Source of the DNA: Oscillospiraceae bacterium
Lineage (GTDB): Bacteria > Bacillota > Clostridia > Oscillospirales > Butyricicoccaceae
DNA length: 38,080 nt
Assembly (NCBI GenBank): GCA_031547105.1
Contig: JAVBSJ010000008.1
Span: 1-38,080 of the forward strand
Direction of reading: 5' to 3'
Numbering within the stretch: position 1 is the first letter of the stretch; every line of letters starts with the position of its first letter. This document shows, piece by piece, positions 1-9,586 of this stretch. Below the pieces are notes generated by a model. It was given only the letters and a program-made list of their open reading frames with translations, did not search any database and was not told where the DNA came from. A program made the translations under genes and the position numbers.

Positions 1-605
1 AGGAGGGCATGACCCTTAAGGAGGCGATGAAAACCTCCCTGTTTTGGGTAATATGCCTTGTGGGCAGTCTTTTGGCCATGTGCATGAACACGCTGATACA
101 GAGCATTTCCCCTCATCTGACCGATACGGGCTATTCGGTGCAGTTTGCGGCCAATATGGTATCACTCTCCATGGGCTCCTTAGCGCTGGGCAAGCTGTTC
201 CTGGGGCAGCTTTACGATATGCTGGGGTCAAAAAAAGCCACGGCTGTTTCATGTATGGCCACGACCTTAGGCCTTATAGGGCTGCGGTTCTGCACGGTGA
301 CACCGGCCATCGCACTTATAATTTACGGTGCGGGCATAGGCTGTGCCTTTGGGTCGGTGGCGACGCCCATGATAACCCAAAGCCTTTTCGGCAGCAGGCA
401 GTACACCGCCATTTACGGCATAATTTCCGGTATCGGCAGCCTGGCTCAGGTTATTACGCCGACGCTTAACGGCGCAATATATGACATGACCGGCAGCTAC
501 AATCTTGCATTTACACTTCTGATTTTTCTGTCGCTGCTTTTGCTTGCGGCATATTGGTGGATATTTACCGGCATTGAGAAAAAAGCAAACAATAAAAGCG
601 CATAA
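1..605 (+). CDS. MFS-type transporter, C-terminal half (5' end outside window)
   Basis: The reading frame of ORF 9..605 stays open to the window edge. It has about six hydrophobic helices with Gly-rich loops, half the size of a 12-TM MFS protein. AGGAGG at 1-6 is only 2 nt from ATG-9, so that ATG is probably internal. Confidence 0.6.
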   Translation, partial: EGMTLKEAMKTSLFWVICLVGSLLAMCMNTLIQSISPHLTDTGYSVQFAANMVSLSMGSLALGKLFLGQLYDMLGSKKATAVSCMATTLGLIGLRFCTVTPAIALIIYGAGIGCAFGSVATPMITQSLFGSRQYTAIYGIISGIGSLAQVITPTLNGAIYDMTGSYNLAFTLLIFLSLLLLAAYWWIFTGIEKKANNKSA

Positions 606-614
606 GGGGGAAGT

Positions 615-2102
615 ATGAAAAGGACAGGATTTGACAATCAACTCTACATTAAAAAACAATCGGAGGAAATTGCAAAGCGTATCGCCCATTTCGGGGGGAA
701 GCTTTATCTGGAGTTTGGCGGCAAGCTGTTTGACGATTTTCACGCGTCAAGGGTGCTGCCCGGCTTTGAACCGAACAGCAAGCTGAAAATGCTGAGGGAG
801 CTGGCGGAGGATGTGGAGATCATCATCGCCATATGCGCCCCCGATATTGAAAAAAACAAGGTCAGGGGAGACCTTGGCATTACATACGATGCCGATGTTA
901 TGCGTCTTGTTGACGCTTTTCGCGAATATAAGCTGACGGTGGGCAGCGTTGTCATCACCCAGTATAACGGGCAGGAGGCGGCAAAGGCCTTCAAGCAAAA
1001 GCTGGAGAGGCTGGGAATGCCGGTTTACCTCCATTACCCTATTGAGGGCTATCCCACCAATGTTGCCCATATCGTCTCAGATGAGGGATACGGCAGGAAT
1101 GAATATATAGAAACCACCCACAAGCTGGTCGTGGTCACGGCCCCCGGGCCGGGCAGCGGCAAAATGGCCACCTGTCTGAGCCAGCTTTACCACGACCATA
1201 AAAACGGGATTAAGTCAGGCTATGCCAAGTTTGAGACCTTCCCGATTTGGAATATACCCCTCAAGCACCCCGTCAATCTGGCCTATGAGGCGGCCACCGC
1301 CGACCTTAATGACGTCAACATGATTGACCCCTATCATCTGGAGGCTTATGGGGAAACAACGGTAAACTACAACCGCGATGTGGAGATTTTCCCCGTTCTG
1401 TCGGCTATTTTTACCCAAATTTTCGGCGAGTGCCCATATAAGTCCCCCACCGACATGGGGGTCAATATGGCCGGATACTGTATTGTCGATAACGATGCCT
1501 GCTCGGACGCCTCCAGGGATGAGATCATCCGCCGCTACTACAAGGCGCGGTGCGAGTTCCGCAAGGGAATCGAAGGGGAGGAGCCTATAAATAAAATAGA
1601 CATCCTCATGCGTCAGGCGGGGATCACTGTGGAGCAGCGGCCTGTTGTTGCCGCCGCACTGAAGCGGGAGGAGGAGTCGGGCGGGGAGCCGGCTGTGGCA
1701 ATTGAGCTGCCCGACGGGACGATAGTCTCCGGCAAAAACTCCGACCTTATGGGACCGGCCTCCGCCGCCCTGCTCAACGCCGTAAAGGCGCTGGAGGGGA
1801 TGGAGAAGCCGCTGCATCTTATCTCGCCGGAGGTCATCACGCCGATACAGCGCCTCAAGACAGACATACTTGGGGGGCGCAACCCACGCTTGCATTCGGA
1901 TGAGTGCCTGATAGCCCTTTCAATTTCGGCGGCCACCGACAAGCGTGCCGAAAAGGCTCTTTTGCGCCTCAGCGACCTGCGGGGGTGTGAAGCCCACTCA
2001 ACCGTCATCCTCTCTGCCGTGGATGATGAGGTTTATCGCAGATTGGGCATCAATTTGACCTGCGAGCCGAAATATCAGACAAATAAAATGTTTCACAGGT
2101 GA
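615..2102 (+). CDS. DUF1846 / UPF0371 family protein
   Basis: 495-aa ORF with RBS AAGGGGGAAGT upstream. The blocks GGKLYLEFGGKLFDDFHASRVLPGFEP, VVVTAPGPGSGK, SGYAKFETFPIWN, HPVNLAYEAATADLNDVNMIDP and NPRLHSDE match the ~494-aa UPF0371 proteins of streptococci over the full length, as I recall them. Confidence 0.85.
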   Translation: MKRTGFDNQLYIKKQSEEIAKRIAHFGGKLYLEFGGKLFDDFHASRVLPGFEPNSKLKMLRELAEDVEIIIAICAPDIEKNKVRGDLGITYDADVMRLVDAFREYKLTVGSVVITQYNGQEAAKAFKQKLERLGMPVYLHYPIEGYPTNVAHIVSDEGYGRNEYIETTHKLVVVTAPGPGSGKMATCLSQLYHDHKNGIKSGYAKFETFPIWNIPLKHPVNLAYEAATADLNDVNMIDPYHLEAYGETTVNYNRDVEIFPVLSAIFTQIFGECPYKSPTDMGVNMAGYCIVDNDACSDASRDEIIRRYYKARCEFRKGIEGEEPINKIDILMRQAGITVEQRPVVAAALKREEESGGEPAVAIELPDGTIVSGKNSDLMGPASAALLNAVKALEGMEKPLHLISPEVITPIQRLKTDILGGRNPRLHSDECLIALSISAATDKRAEKALLRLSDLRGCEAHSTVILSAVDDEVYRRLGINLTCEPKYQTNKMFHR

Positions 2103-2103
2103 T

Positions 2104-2640
2104 GTGATGAGGATACTGCTCCATACCTGCTGCGCCCCATGCGCCCTTATGTGCATAGAAGCCCTTCAGGCTGAGGGTGCCCAGCTCAGTGCCTATTGGT
2201 ACAACATAAATATTCACCCATATCAGGAGTATAAAAGCCGTCGGGACGCTTTGGCGGCCTATGCCGCCAGCATTGAACTGCCCCTTATACTGGAGGATAG
2301 CTACGGCCTGCGGGAGTTTGTGGGAGCGGTTGCGGATGATATAGACGCACGGTGCGGCTTCTGCTACCGCACGCGGCTGGAAAAGGCGGCGCAGAAGGCA
2401 AAAGAGGGCGGGTTCGACGGCTTTACCACCTCGCTGCTTATCAGCCCCTACCAAAAGCATGAAATGATAGCCCGGGCGGGGCGCGAGGCGGGGGAGAAAT
2501 ACGGCCTGCCCTTTGTGTACCGCGATTTTCGCCCCCTGTTCCGGGAGGGGCAGGCGCGGGCAAGAGCGCTGGAACTGTATATGCAAAAATATTGCGGCTG
2601 CGTATTTTCCGAGGAAGAGCGGTACTTGAAGAGGAAATAG
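2104..2640 (+). CDS. queH: Epoxyqueuosine reductase QueH (DUF208)
   Basis: HTCCAPC at the N-terminus, CGFCY, LISPYQKH, and YCGCVFSEEERY near the C-terminus form the DUF208/QueH Cys signature. The start abuts the upstream stop (2102/2104). Confidence 0.85.
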   Translation: MMRILLHTCCAPCALMCIEALQAEGAQLSAYWYNINIHPYQEYKSRRDALAAYAASIELPLILEDSYGLREFVGAVADDIDARCGFCYRTRLEKAAQKAKEGGFDGFTTSLLISPYQKHEMIARAGREAGEKYGLPFVYRDFRPLFREGQARARALELYMQKYCGCVFSEEERYLKRK

Positions 2641-2707
2641 GGTGGGCGGCTGTCAGAATTGCACAGCGGGCATATGTCTCGTACATTCAATAGCAAGGGC
2701 ATAAAAG

Positions 2708-2742
2708 AAGCCCGTGGAAATGAAGATTTCCACGGGCTTTTG
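2708..2742. terminator. Bidirectional intrinsic terminator between convergent queH and ygiQ
   Basis: 14-bp perfect stem AAGCCCGTGGAAAT / ATTTCCACGGGCTT with loop GAAG. An A-run lies upstream and a T-run downstream. Confidence 0.75.
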
Positions 2743-2747
2743 ATGTT

Positions 2748-4901
2748 TTATTTCTTCTTGCCGCGCTGTGGGCGCTCAAAAGTCTTGTCGCCGCCATGCC
2801 CATTTTTTGAGGAAGGGTGCGACGTCTTGCTTTTAGCAGAGCCGGGCTGCCGCGCATCCTTTGCGGGCTTGGGCGAAGCGCCGCTTCTGCCGCTGCCCTT
2901 TCCGTCAGAAGATGGCCGCCCCATAGATGTGCTGCTGCTCATTTGACCTGTACCGCCTGCTTGCTTGCGTCCCTCCTGACTTGCGCGCGCACCGCGGGGG
3001 GAAGGACGACTGTTGCTGTCCTTATGCCCGCTTTGTCCACCGGTCTGCTTGCCAGAGGGCTTGTCCTCACCCCTATTGCCGCCCTTATATCCCCCGCCGC
3101 CGTAGCTGACAAGGCAGTCAGGGCCGCGGCCGATAAGATCCTCTCGCCCGGCTTCCCTGAGGGCTTTCAGCACAAGCTGTTTGTTTTTCGGGTCTCCGAA
3201 CTGGAGGAGGGCGCGCTGCATGGCCTTTTGCTCCTTATCTCTGGCCACGTAGACCGGCTTCATGGTGCGGGGGTCAATGCCGGTATGGTACATGGCTGTG
3301 GAGAGGGTGCCGGGGGTTGGGTAAAAATCCTGCACCTGCTGTGGGGAAAGGCGGTTTCTTTTAAGATAAAGCGCCAGGTCAATAGCTTCCTTAAGGCCGC
3401 TGCCCGGGTGGGAGCTCATAAGATATGGCACCAGATACTGCTCCTTGCCGCAGGCTTTGGAAAGCTGATAGTATTTATCGCAAAAATCGTCGTAGACGTC
3501 GGCAAAGGGCTTGCCCATATAGTGCAGCACCTCGGGGGAAATATGCTCAGGCGCCACCTTAAGCTGCCCGCTGACGTGATGCTCTACAAGCTGCTTAAAA
3601 AAGTCGCTCTTCTTGTCGGTCAGCATATAGTCAAACCGTATGCCGGAGCGCACAAAGACTTTTTTGACTCCGGGCAGCCCGCGTATTTCCTTAAGCAGGG
3701 CGGAATAATCGCTTTCGTCCGCCTCAAGATTGGGGCAAGGAGTGGGGAACAGGCACTGCCGGTGGGCACAGGCACCGTGCTCCTTTTGCTTTGAGCAGGC
3801 GGGCTTTCGGAAGTTGGCTGTCGGCCCTCCAACATCGTGGATATAGCCCTTAAAGCCCTCTTGAGCCGATATTATTCGCGCTTCCTCCACTACCGACCTG
3901 CGGGAGCGAGAGCTTACATACCGCCCCTGGTGCATGGCAAGGGCGCAGAAGTTGCAGGCGCCGAAGCAGCCACGGTTGTGGATGATGGAGAAGGAAACCT
4001 CCTCGATGGCGGCAACGCCACCCGCGGCGGCGTAATCGGGGTGCCAGGTTCTTGCGTAGGGCAGGGAATATACATCGTCAAGGGCTTGTCCCTCAAGGGG
4101 AAGTGCAGGCGGGTTTTGTATCAGGTAGCGCCCGCCGTGAGCCTGAATAAGGGGCTTGCCGCGGGCAAAGTCATTTTCGTTCTGCTCCGCAAAGGCAGCG
4201 CGGCAATAGGCCTCTCCGTTTTTCGCCACCTGCTCAAAGGAGGGCAGGGTGATAGGGGCGGGAAAGCGGCACTCGCCGGGGGACTCGGCCATAAAGCATA
4301 TGCCCCGAATAGAGGTCATCTCCGCAAGCGGCTTTTTGCCTTTGAACATGCGGGCGATTTCGGTCATAGACCGCTCCCCCATGCCGAAGGAGAGTATATC
4401 TGCCCCTGACGAGACTAAAACGGAGGGATGCACGGCGTCATCCCAGTAGTCGTAATGGGCAAAGCGACGCAGGGAGGCTTCTATCCCCCCTATGACTACC
4501 GGCGTATCGGGGAAAGCTTCCTTAGCCAGTCTGGTGTAAACGTTTACGGCGCGGTCGGGGCGCCTGCCAGGCTTGCCCCCGGGGGTGTATTCATCCCGCG
4601 CGCGGCGGCGCTTGGCCACCGTGTAATGGGCCACCATAGAGTCTATATTTCCCGCGTTTATAAGCACGGCAAAGCGGGGCTTTCCCATTTCGAGAAAGTC
4701 CCGCGTGGATTTATATTCGGGTTGAGAAAGGACGGCGACGCGGAAGCCCTCTTTTTCCAGCACGCGGGAGATTACCGCCGTGCCGAAGGAAGGGTGATCA
4801 ACATAAGCGTCGCCCGTCACCAGCAGAAAGTCGTAATAATACCACCCGCGCTCCTGCATATCCTGCTTTGAAACAGGGAGAAAAAGGCTGCGGTCTGTCA
4901 T
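2748..4901 (-). CDS. ygiQ: YgiQ-family (UPF0313) radical SAM protein with long low-complexity C-terminal tail
   Basis: The N-terminus GWYYYDFLLVTGDAYVDHPSFG is typical of YgiQ, and the radical-SAM CxxxCxxC motif is present as CFGACNFC. The ATG overlaps the upstream stop (ATGA at 4898-4901). Confidence 0.85.
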   Translation of the reverse strand: MTDRSLFLPVSKQDMQERGWYYYDFLLVTGDAYVDHPSFGTAVISRVLEKEGFRVAVLSQPEYKSTRDFLEMGKPRFAVLINAGNIDSMVAHYTVAKRRRARDEYTPGGKPGRRPDRAVNVYTRLAKEAFPDTPVVIGGIEASLRRFAHYDYWDDAVHPSVLVSSGADILSFGMGERSMTEIARMFKGKKPLAEMTSIRGICFMAESPGECRFPAPITLPSFEQVAKNGEAYCRAAFAEQNENDFARGKPLIQAHGGRYLIQNPPALPLEGQALDDVYSLPYARTWHPDYAAAGGVAAIEEVSFSIIHNRGCFGACNFCALAMHQGRYVSSRSRRSVVEEARIISAQEGFKGYIHDVGGPTANFRKPACSKQKEHGACAHRQCLFPTPCPNLEADESDYSALLKEIRGLPGVKKVFVRSGIRFDYMLTDKKSDFFKQLVEHHVSGQLKVAPEHISPEVLHYMGKPFADVYDDFCDKYYQLSKACGKEQYLVPYLMSSHPGSGLKEAIDLALYLKRNRLSPQQVQDFYPTPGTLSTAMYHTGIDPRTMKPVYVARDKEQKAMQRALLQFGDPKNKQLVLKALREAGREDLIGRGPDCLVSYGGGGYKGGNRGEDKPSGKQTGGQSGHKDSNSRPSPRGARASQEGRKQAGGTGQMSSSTSMGRPSSDGKGSGRSGASPKPAKDARQPGSAKSKTSHPSSKNGHGGDKTFERPQRGKKK

Positions 4902-5419
4902 TGTTTTTTATAGGCTGCGATTATCTCGCAGGTGAAAACACGGTGGGGGTCGCTTACCATTGCGCCGGAGTAATTGCGCTCCCTCGCGTCGGCGGGGATA
5001 GAAGGGACGTCAAACTGGTGGGCGGAATAAAGCTGCTTCAGCACCAGAACATACTTGGCCTCGCCAAAGGCGGTGTACCCTTCAAACTCGGCAGGGGTCA
5101 GGCCGCTGTCATGCATTTTATCTATATCCCTGCCCGATTGGCTACCCAGACGCCCAAGCTCCTTGCGGCAATCCTCCTTCTCAAACAGCGAGAGGGTGAA
5201 AACCGGGCTTTTTTCCATATAGCCGTAGGTATAGCGGGTGGGGCGGACAAAAAGGTTGCATACGACCTTGTTCCACAGGCAGCCCAGCATGCCCCAGGAA
5301 ACGGTCATGGTGTTGAAGTTTTCGCGCTTTCCGGCGGTCACAAGACCCCAGCCCTCGTGAAAAAGGCGGTAGGCGTTGCCCTCAATATCGGCAGGGTCAA
5401 TCTTGACAAAATCAGACAT
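4898..5419 (-). CDS. Flavin reductase-like (FMN-binding split-barrel) protein
   Basis: 173-aa ORF. The NTMTVSWGMLG core and the size fit the flavin reductase domain family. It is translationally coupled to ygiQ. Confidence 0.6.
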   Translation of the reverse strand: MSDFVKIDPADIEGNAYRLFHEGWGLVTAGKRENFNTMTVSWGMLGCLWNKVVCNLFVRPTRYTYGYMEKSPVFTLSLFEKEDCRKELGRLGSQSGRDIDKMHDSGLTPAEFEGYTAFGEAKYVLVLKQLYSAHQFDVPSIPADARERNYSGAMVSDPHRVFTCEIIAAYKKQ

Positions 5420-5453
5420 AAAGAAAAGCTCCTTTCGAGTTTGAAATCGGACA

Positions 5454-7970
5454 TCAATAGGTCTGGCGCAGCTTCATTTCCTTCCACTGGTCGGAGGTTA
5501 TCAGCACCGAACGCGGTTTTGAACCCTCAAACGGGCCGACTATTCCCCGCTCCTCCATAATATCTATGAGGCGGGCGGCCCGGGAATACCCAAGCTTAAG
5601 CCTGCGCTGAAGCATGGAGACTGACGCCTGTCCGCCCTCCACAATAATGTCGATAGCGGCGGGCAGCAGGCTGTCGTCATCGTCAAGCCCCCCGCCACCC
5701 GATGGGGAGGAGCCGCCTGCGGAGGCGCCCTTGCCGTCATTTTCGGCCTGGCGCTCAATATGCTCCAGCACCTCTTCGGAATAATCGGGCGTGCCGGTTT
5801 TCTTGACAAAGTCAATGACCTGCTCCACCTCGGGGGAGGAAATAAAGCAGCCCTGCACACGCAGGGGCTTGCCTGCCCCCAAAGGATTGTAAAGCATGTC
5901 GCCCCGCCCGATAAGCTTTTCTGCCCCCATTTGGTCGAGGATAATGCGTGACTCTATCTGAGAGGCCACCGCAAAGGCGATGCGGGAGGGGATATTGGCC
6001 TTCATAATGCCGGTGATAACATCGGCGGAGGGGCGCTGTGTGGCAATTATCAGGTGCATTCCGGCGGCGCGGGCCATCTGCGCCAGACGGACGATAGCCT
6101 CCTCCACCTCGTGGGCGGCGACAAACATAAGGTCGGCCAGCTCGTCAATGACAATGACGATGTTGGGCAGCGTTTCCCCCTCGCCCCGCCGGACAATTTC
6201 AGCATTATAGGAGGCCAGGTCACGCACACCCAGCTCGCTTAAGAGCTTGTAGCGGCGCATCATTTCGCCCACCGCCCAGTTGAGGGCACCCGCCGCCTTT
6301 TTGGGGTCGGTGACCACCGGGATAAGCAGGTGGGGCAGGCCGTTATAAACCCCCAGCTCTATCATTTTGGGGTCAACCATGATAAGGCGCACTTCCTGAG
6401 GGGTGGATTTGTAAATCAGGGAGATGAGGATTGAGTTTATGCAGACTGATTTGCCCGAGCCGGTTGTACCGGCGATAAGCATATGGGGCATTTTCTGTAT
6501 GTCACCCACAACAGGTTTTGCGGCAATATCCTTGCCGACGGCAAAGGTCAGCTTGGAGGGTGACGCCGTAAAGGCCTTGTTCTCCAGTATGTCCCGCAAG
6601 GTGACGATATACTGCGCTTCATTTGGCATTTCAATACCCACCGAATTGCTGTTAGGCACGGGGGCGATGCGGACGCCGGAGGCGCCGAAGGCAAGGGCAA
6701 TGTCGTCAGCCAGGCTTGTGACCTTTGCGAACTTCACCCCACGCTGAAGCTGCAGCTCATACCGGGTGACGGTGGGGCCGCGGGTGACGTTGATAACAGC
6801 AGCCTCTATACCGAAGCTCAGCAGGGTGTCGGTCAGCTTATCGGAAAAGCGTTTTACTTCATCCTGGTCGAAGCTGCCCGCGCCGTCCCCCGATTTAAGC
6901 AGGGAGAGAGGGGGATAAATATATTTGGCAGGCTCGTCCTCCTCCAGCGACTTGTTCAGAAGCTCCTCCAGCTGGGTCTGGTCAAAGGGCTCCTCCTCGG
7001 GCTGCTCCGGCTCCGGTTCAACAACAGGTGCAGGCGGGGCAACGGAAGGCGCAGGCACAGGCGCAGGCTCCGCCACCACTGCCGCACTGGACACAAAGCC
7101 GGGAGTGAGGGGGGCAGTGGGATCGGTGAAGTCCGAAACGTCGGGCAGCTTGTCGGTTTTAAATATACTTGCAAGGGCGTCGAATGGGGAGGAGGAGTCC
7201 TTTTTCTGGGCAGGCTCCGCCACCGTTACAATAGGAGGCGTAGGCTCAGGCGGAAATATGTCCCGTCTGCTTTTTTCCGGCAGTATTTCGGGGGTAGGCT
7301 GTGCCTTGCCCTTTATTGGGTTCTTCTCCAGCCGCGGCGGGGGAAGGGGGTCTTCCTCCGGCTCGGGCGCCGGCCTCATGCCGTTTAAGATGCGCTTCGG
7401 CGAGGTGTTAAAGGTTATCAGAACACTGACAAGCCCCAAGAGGAAGCACAGCGCGATTCCGCCTGCGGCAGACAACGCCGTCTCAAGAAATATGCCCAAG
7501 CTTCCTGCCAGAAGGCCTCCGGAGGTCAGCGCCCGCCCGCTTTGGCACAGCAGCTTAATACCCTCAAGCCCAAAGGTATAGGGGGTGGTATCCCGCACAA
7601 TGTGAAAAATTGCCCCCAGAATGAGGGGCATACACATGGCCGCAACTACGCGAAGGCGCGCACGGCCGTGAAGCTTGATAAACAAAATTATGCCGCAGGC
7701 CAGAAAAACCACCGGCGTCACATAATACCCAAAGCCGAAAAGGGAGGCCACAAGCCATTTGTACCAGTCGATAAAAAAGCCTTTTACATTAAAAATTGAC
7801 AGCGCTCCGACAAAAGCCAAAAACAGGTAAGCCCCTGCCCAGCAGCCCCGGACAAGTGCCTGCTGCCGTTTTTTGGCGGCGGCGCTTTCTTTTCGTTTGG
7901 CGGCCGCTTTTTTCGCGCCGGTCGTTTTGCCGCCGCTTGATTTTGCCGCCGATTTTTTCGTAGTGGGCAA
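5454..7970 (-). CDS. ftsK: DNA translocase FtsK/SpoIIIE
   Basis: The protein has a basic N-tail, 4-5 TM helices and a Pro/Glu-rich linker. The motor domain carries Walker A GTTGSGKSV and Walker B VVIDELADL. A C-terminal gamma winged helix follows (QRRLKLGYSRAARLID). The start is TTG, 9 nt after GGGAGG. Confidence 0.92.
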   Translation of the reverse strand: MPTTKKSAAKSSGGKTTGAKKAAAKRKESAAAKKRQQALVRGCWAGAYLFLAFVGALSIFNVKGFFIDWYKWLVASLFGFGYYVTPVVFLACGIILFIKLHGRARLRVVAAMCMPLILGAIFHIVRDTTPYTFGLEGIKLLCQSGRALTSGGLLAGSLGIFLETALSAAGGIALCFLLGLVSVLITFNTSPKRILNGMRPAPEPEEDPLPPPRLEKNPIKGKAQPTPEILPEKSRRDIFPPEPTPPIVTVAEPAQKKDSSSPFDALASIFKTDKLPDVSDFTDPTAPLTPGFVSSAAVVAEPAPVPAPSVAPPAPVVEPEPEQPEEEPFDQTQLEELLNKSLEEDEPAKYIYPPLSLLKSGDGAGSFDQDEVKRFSDKLTDTLLSFGIEAAVINVTRGPTVTRYELQLQRGVKFAKVTSLADDIALAFGASGVRIAPVPNSNSVGIEMPNEAQYIVTLRDILENKAFTASPSKLTFAVGKDIAAKPVVGDIQKMPHMLIAGTTGSGKSVCINSILISLIYKSTPQEVRLIMVDPKMIELGVYNGLPHLLIPVVTDPKKAAGALNWAVGEMMRRYKLLSELGVRDLASYNAEIVRRGEGETLPNIVIVIDELADLMFVAAHEVEEAIVRLAQMARAAGMHLIIATQRPSADVITGIMKANIPSRIAFAVASQIESRIILDQMGAEKLIGRGDMLYNPLGAGKPLRVQGCFISSPEVEQVIDFVKKTGTPDYSEEVLEHIERQAENDGKGASAGGSSPSGGGGLDDDDSLLPAAIDIIVEGGQASVSMLQRRLKLGYSRAARLIDIMEERGIVGPFEGSKPRSVLITSDQWKEMKLRQTY

Positions 7971-8005
7971 GAGTAAGTACCTCCCGGAATTAAATAAGGT
8001 ATAGG

Positions 8006-8812
8006 CTAGAAAAGATTGAGAACAACGGTCAATGCGCCCACAAAGGCGCAGTAATAGGCAAAGAACTTAAGGTTTTTCCCCCTGACAAGCAGCGCCACCA
8101 GCTTGATAGCCAGATAGCCCGATATGGCGGAGGCAACAAAGCCAACCATGTAGGGCAGCAGCGAGACCGACTCCATGTTCATTTCCATAAGGTCGGGCAG
8201 CTTGAAGACAAAAGAACCCGCAACCGCCGGTATGGAAAGGAGAAAGGCAAAGCGCACGGCAAAATCCTGCTTAAAGCCGCGGAAAAGGCCGGCGCAAATT
8301 GTGCTGCCGGAGCGGGATATACCGGGGAAAACGGCGATAAGCTGGGCAATGCCCACAAAGGCGGCGTCGGCGTAGGTGGCGGAGGATTCGGTTTTGTGCC
8401 CCGAGTCCCGCATGGAAGCGGTGAAAAGCAGAACGGCGGTTATCATAAGGGCTATCCCCACAAACAAGGTGCTGTCAAACATGGCCTCCACATATCCGTC
8501 GATAAGGGCGCCAACAGCCAGCGGAAGCGTTGCGATGAGCAGCATAACCACAAGACGGCGGGGAGCCTTGCCGTTTACCTTAAAGCCGCCCAGCACTAAA
8601 GAAACAGCGCCCTTGAACAGATATACAACATCCTTCCAAAAGGCGACTATAACGGCAAGAAGGGTACCCAGATGGGCGACAACCACAAAAAGGGTATCGG
8701 AAGGGAGGTCAAAAAGGCTTTGCACCAGCGCCAAATGCCCCGAGGACGAAACGGGCAGAAACTCAGTCAGGCCTTGCACTATCCCTAAAATTATCGCATG
8801 TAAAACAGTCAC
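8006..8812 (-). CDS. uppP: Undecaprenyl-diphosphate phosphatase UppP/BacA
   Basis: 268-aa polytopic protein. The N-terminal GIVQGLTEFLPVSSSGH and later PGISRSGSTI motifs are UppP signatures. The start is GTG, preceded by GAGGTG. Confidence 0.88.
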   Translation of the reverse strand: MTVLHAIILGIVQGLTEFLPVSSSGHLALVQSLFDLPSDTLFVVVAHLGTLLAVIVAFWKDVVYLFKGAVSLVLGGFKVNGKAPRRLVVMLLIATLPLAVGALIDGYVEAMFDSTLFVGIALMITAVLLFTASMRDSGHKTESSATYADAAFVGIAQLIAVFPGISRSGSTICAGLFRGFKQDFAVRFAFLLSIPAVAGSFVFKLPDLMEMNMESVSLLPYMVGFVASAISGYLAIKLVALLVRGKNLKFFAYYCAFVGALTVVLNLF

Positions 8813-8950
8813 TGTAACACCTCACACAGTATACAAAGGAAGTTTGGGCAAGCGGAACGACATACACCTATAATATCAAATAATTATAACATGATTTACT
8901 GATAATTGCCACAAAAACCAAAGGCGCTTTGTCTTCACAACAGCCACCTG

Positions 8951-9517
8951 TCAGGCGGAGGGCTTATGGCGATGCTTAAGAGCCGATATGCGCTGCGACA
9001 ACCAGGGCTTAAGCCTGCAGCCGCCAATGCCGCAAAGGGCGCCGATAACCGCGCCGCACAAAACATCGGTTGGAAAATGGACGCACAAATATATCCGGGA
9101 AAGCCCCATAAGCGCACCGAAAACCACAGCGGCAATGTGCCATTTTTTTGAAAAGGGGCGCAAGGCAAACGCGAATGCGAACGCCGCCCCGGTATGCCCT
9201 GAGGGAAAGGAAAAATCATGCAGCGGCTCGACAATAATGCGCAAAAGGGTGAGGTCGTAGGGGCGCACCCGCGCCACAATTGGCTTAAGCAGAATATTGA
9301 TAAAAAATCCGTCCAGCATAAGTGCCAGCGCGCAGCAAAGGCCGATATGACGGGTAGGCTTGTAAAGCAGCAGCCCCAGCGTGAGCACTATAAATATCAT
9401 GCCGGAGTCGCCCAAAAGGGCCAGCCCCATGGCAAGGGTATCCAGGGCGGCGCTTTGCAGGTGAGTATTGATCCAGAGAAGCATGGGAAGCTCCCACAAA
9501 GAGAGGTTAAGAAGCAT
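8951..9517 (-). CDS. PAP2-family lipid phosphatase
   Basis: All three PAP2 motifs are present: KPIVARVRP, PSGH and SRIYLCVHFPTD. I place the start at the internal ATG 9517, which sits 6 nt after AAGGAG. The ORF-track start 9568 has no RBS. Confidence 0.8.
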   Translation of the reverse strand: MLLNLSLWELPMLLWINTHLQSAALDTLAMGLALLGDSGMIFIVLTLGLLLYKPTRHIGLCCALALMLDGFFINILLKPIVARVRPYDLTLLRIIVEPLHDFSFPSGHTGAAFAFAFALRPFSKKWHIAAVVFGALMGLSRIYLCVHFPTDVLCGAVIGALCGIGGCRLKPWLSQRISALKHRHKPSA

Positions 9518-9586
9518 ATTTTTCTCCTTAAAAGCGCATTGGTAAAATATAGGTGTATCCTGCGGCAATTATGCCTGGGGCAGGAG

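Noticed and set aside
2817-3794. 325-aa and other plus-strand ORFs antisense to ygiQ (also 3837..4409, 4428..4871, 4868..5560)
   Set aside because: They overlap the conserved radical-SAM and flavin-reductase genes on the other strand. Their translations are Ala/Arg/Gly-rich and lack an RBS or recognisable domains.
6925-7581. 218-aa Ser/Gly-rich ORF
   Set aside because: It is the antisense image of the Pro/Glu-rich FtsK linker, so it is a compositional artefact.
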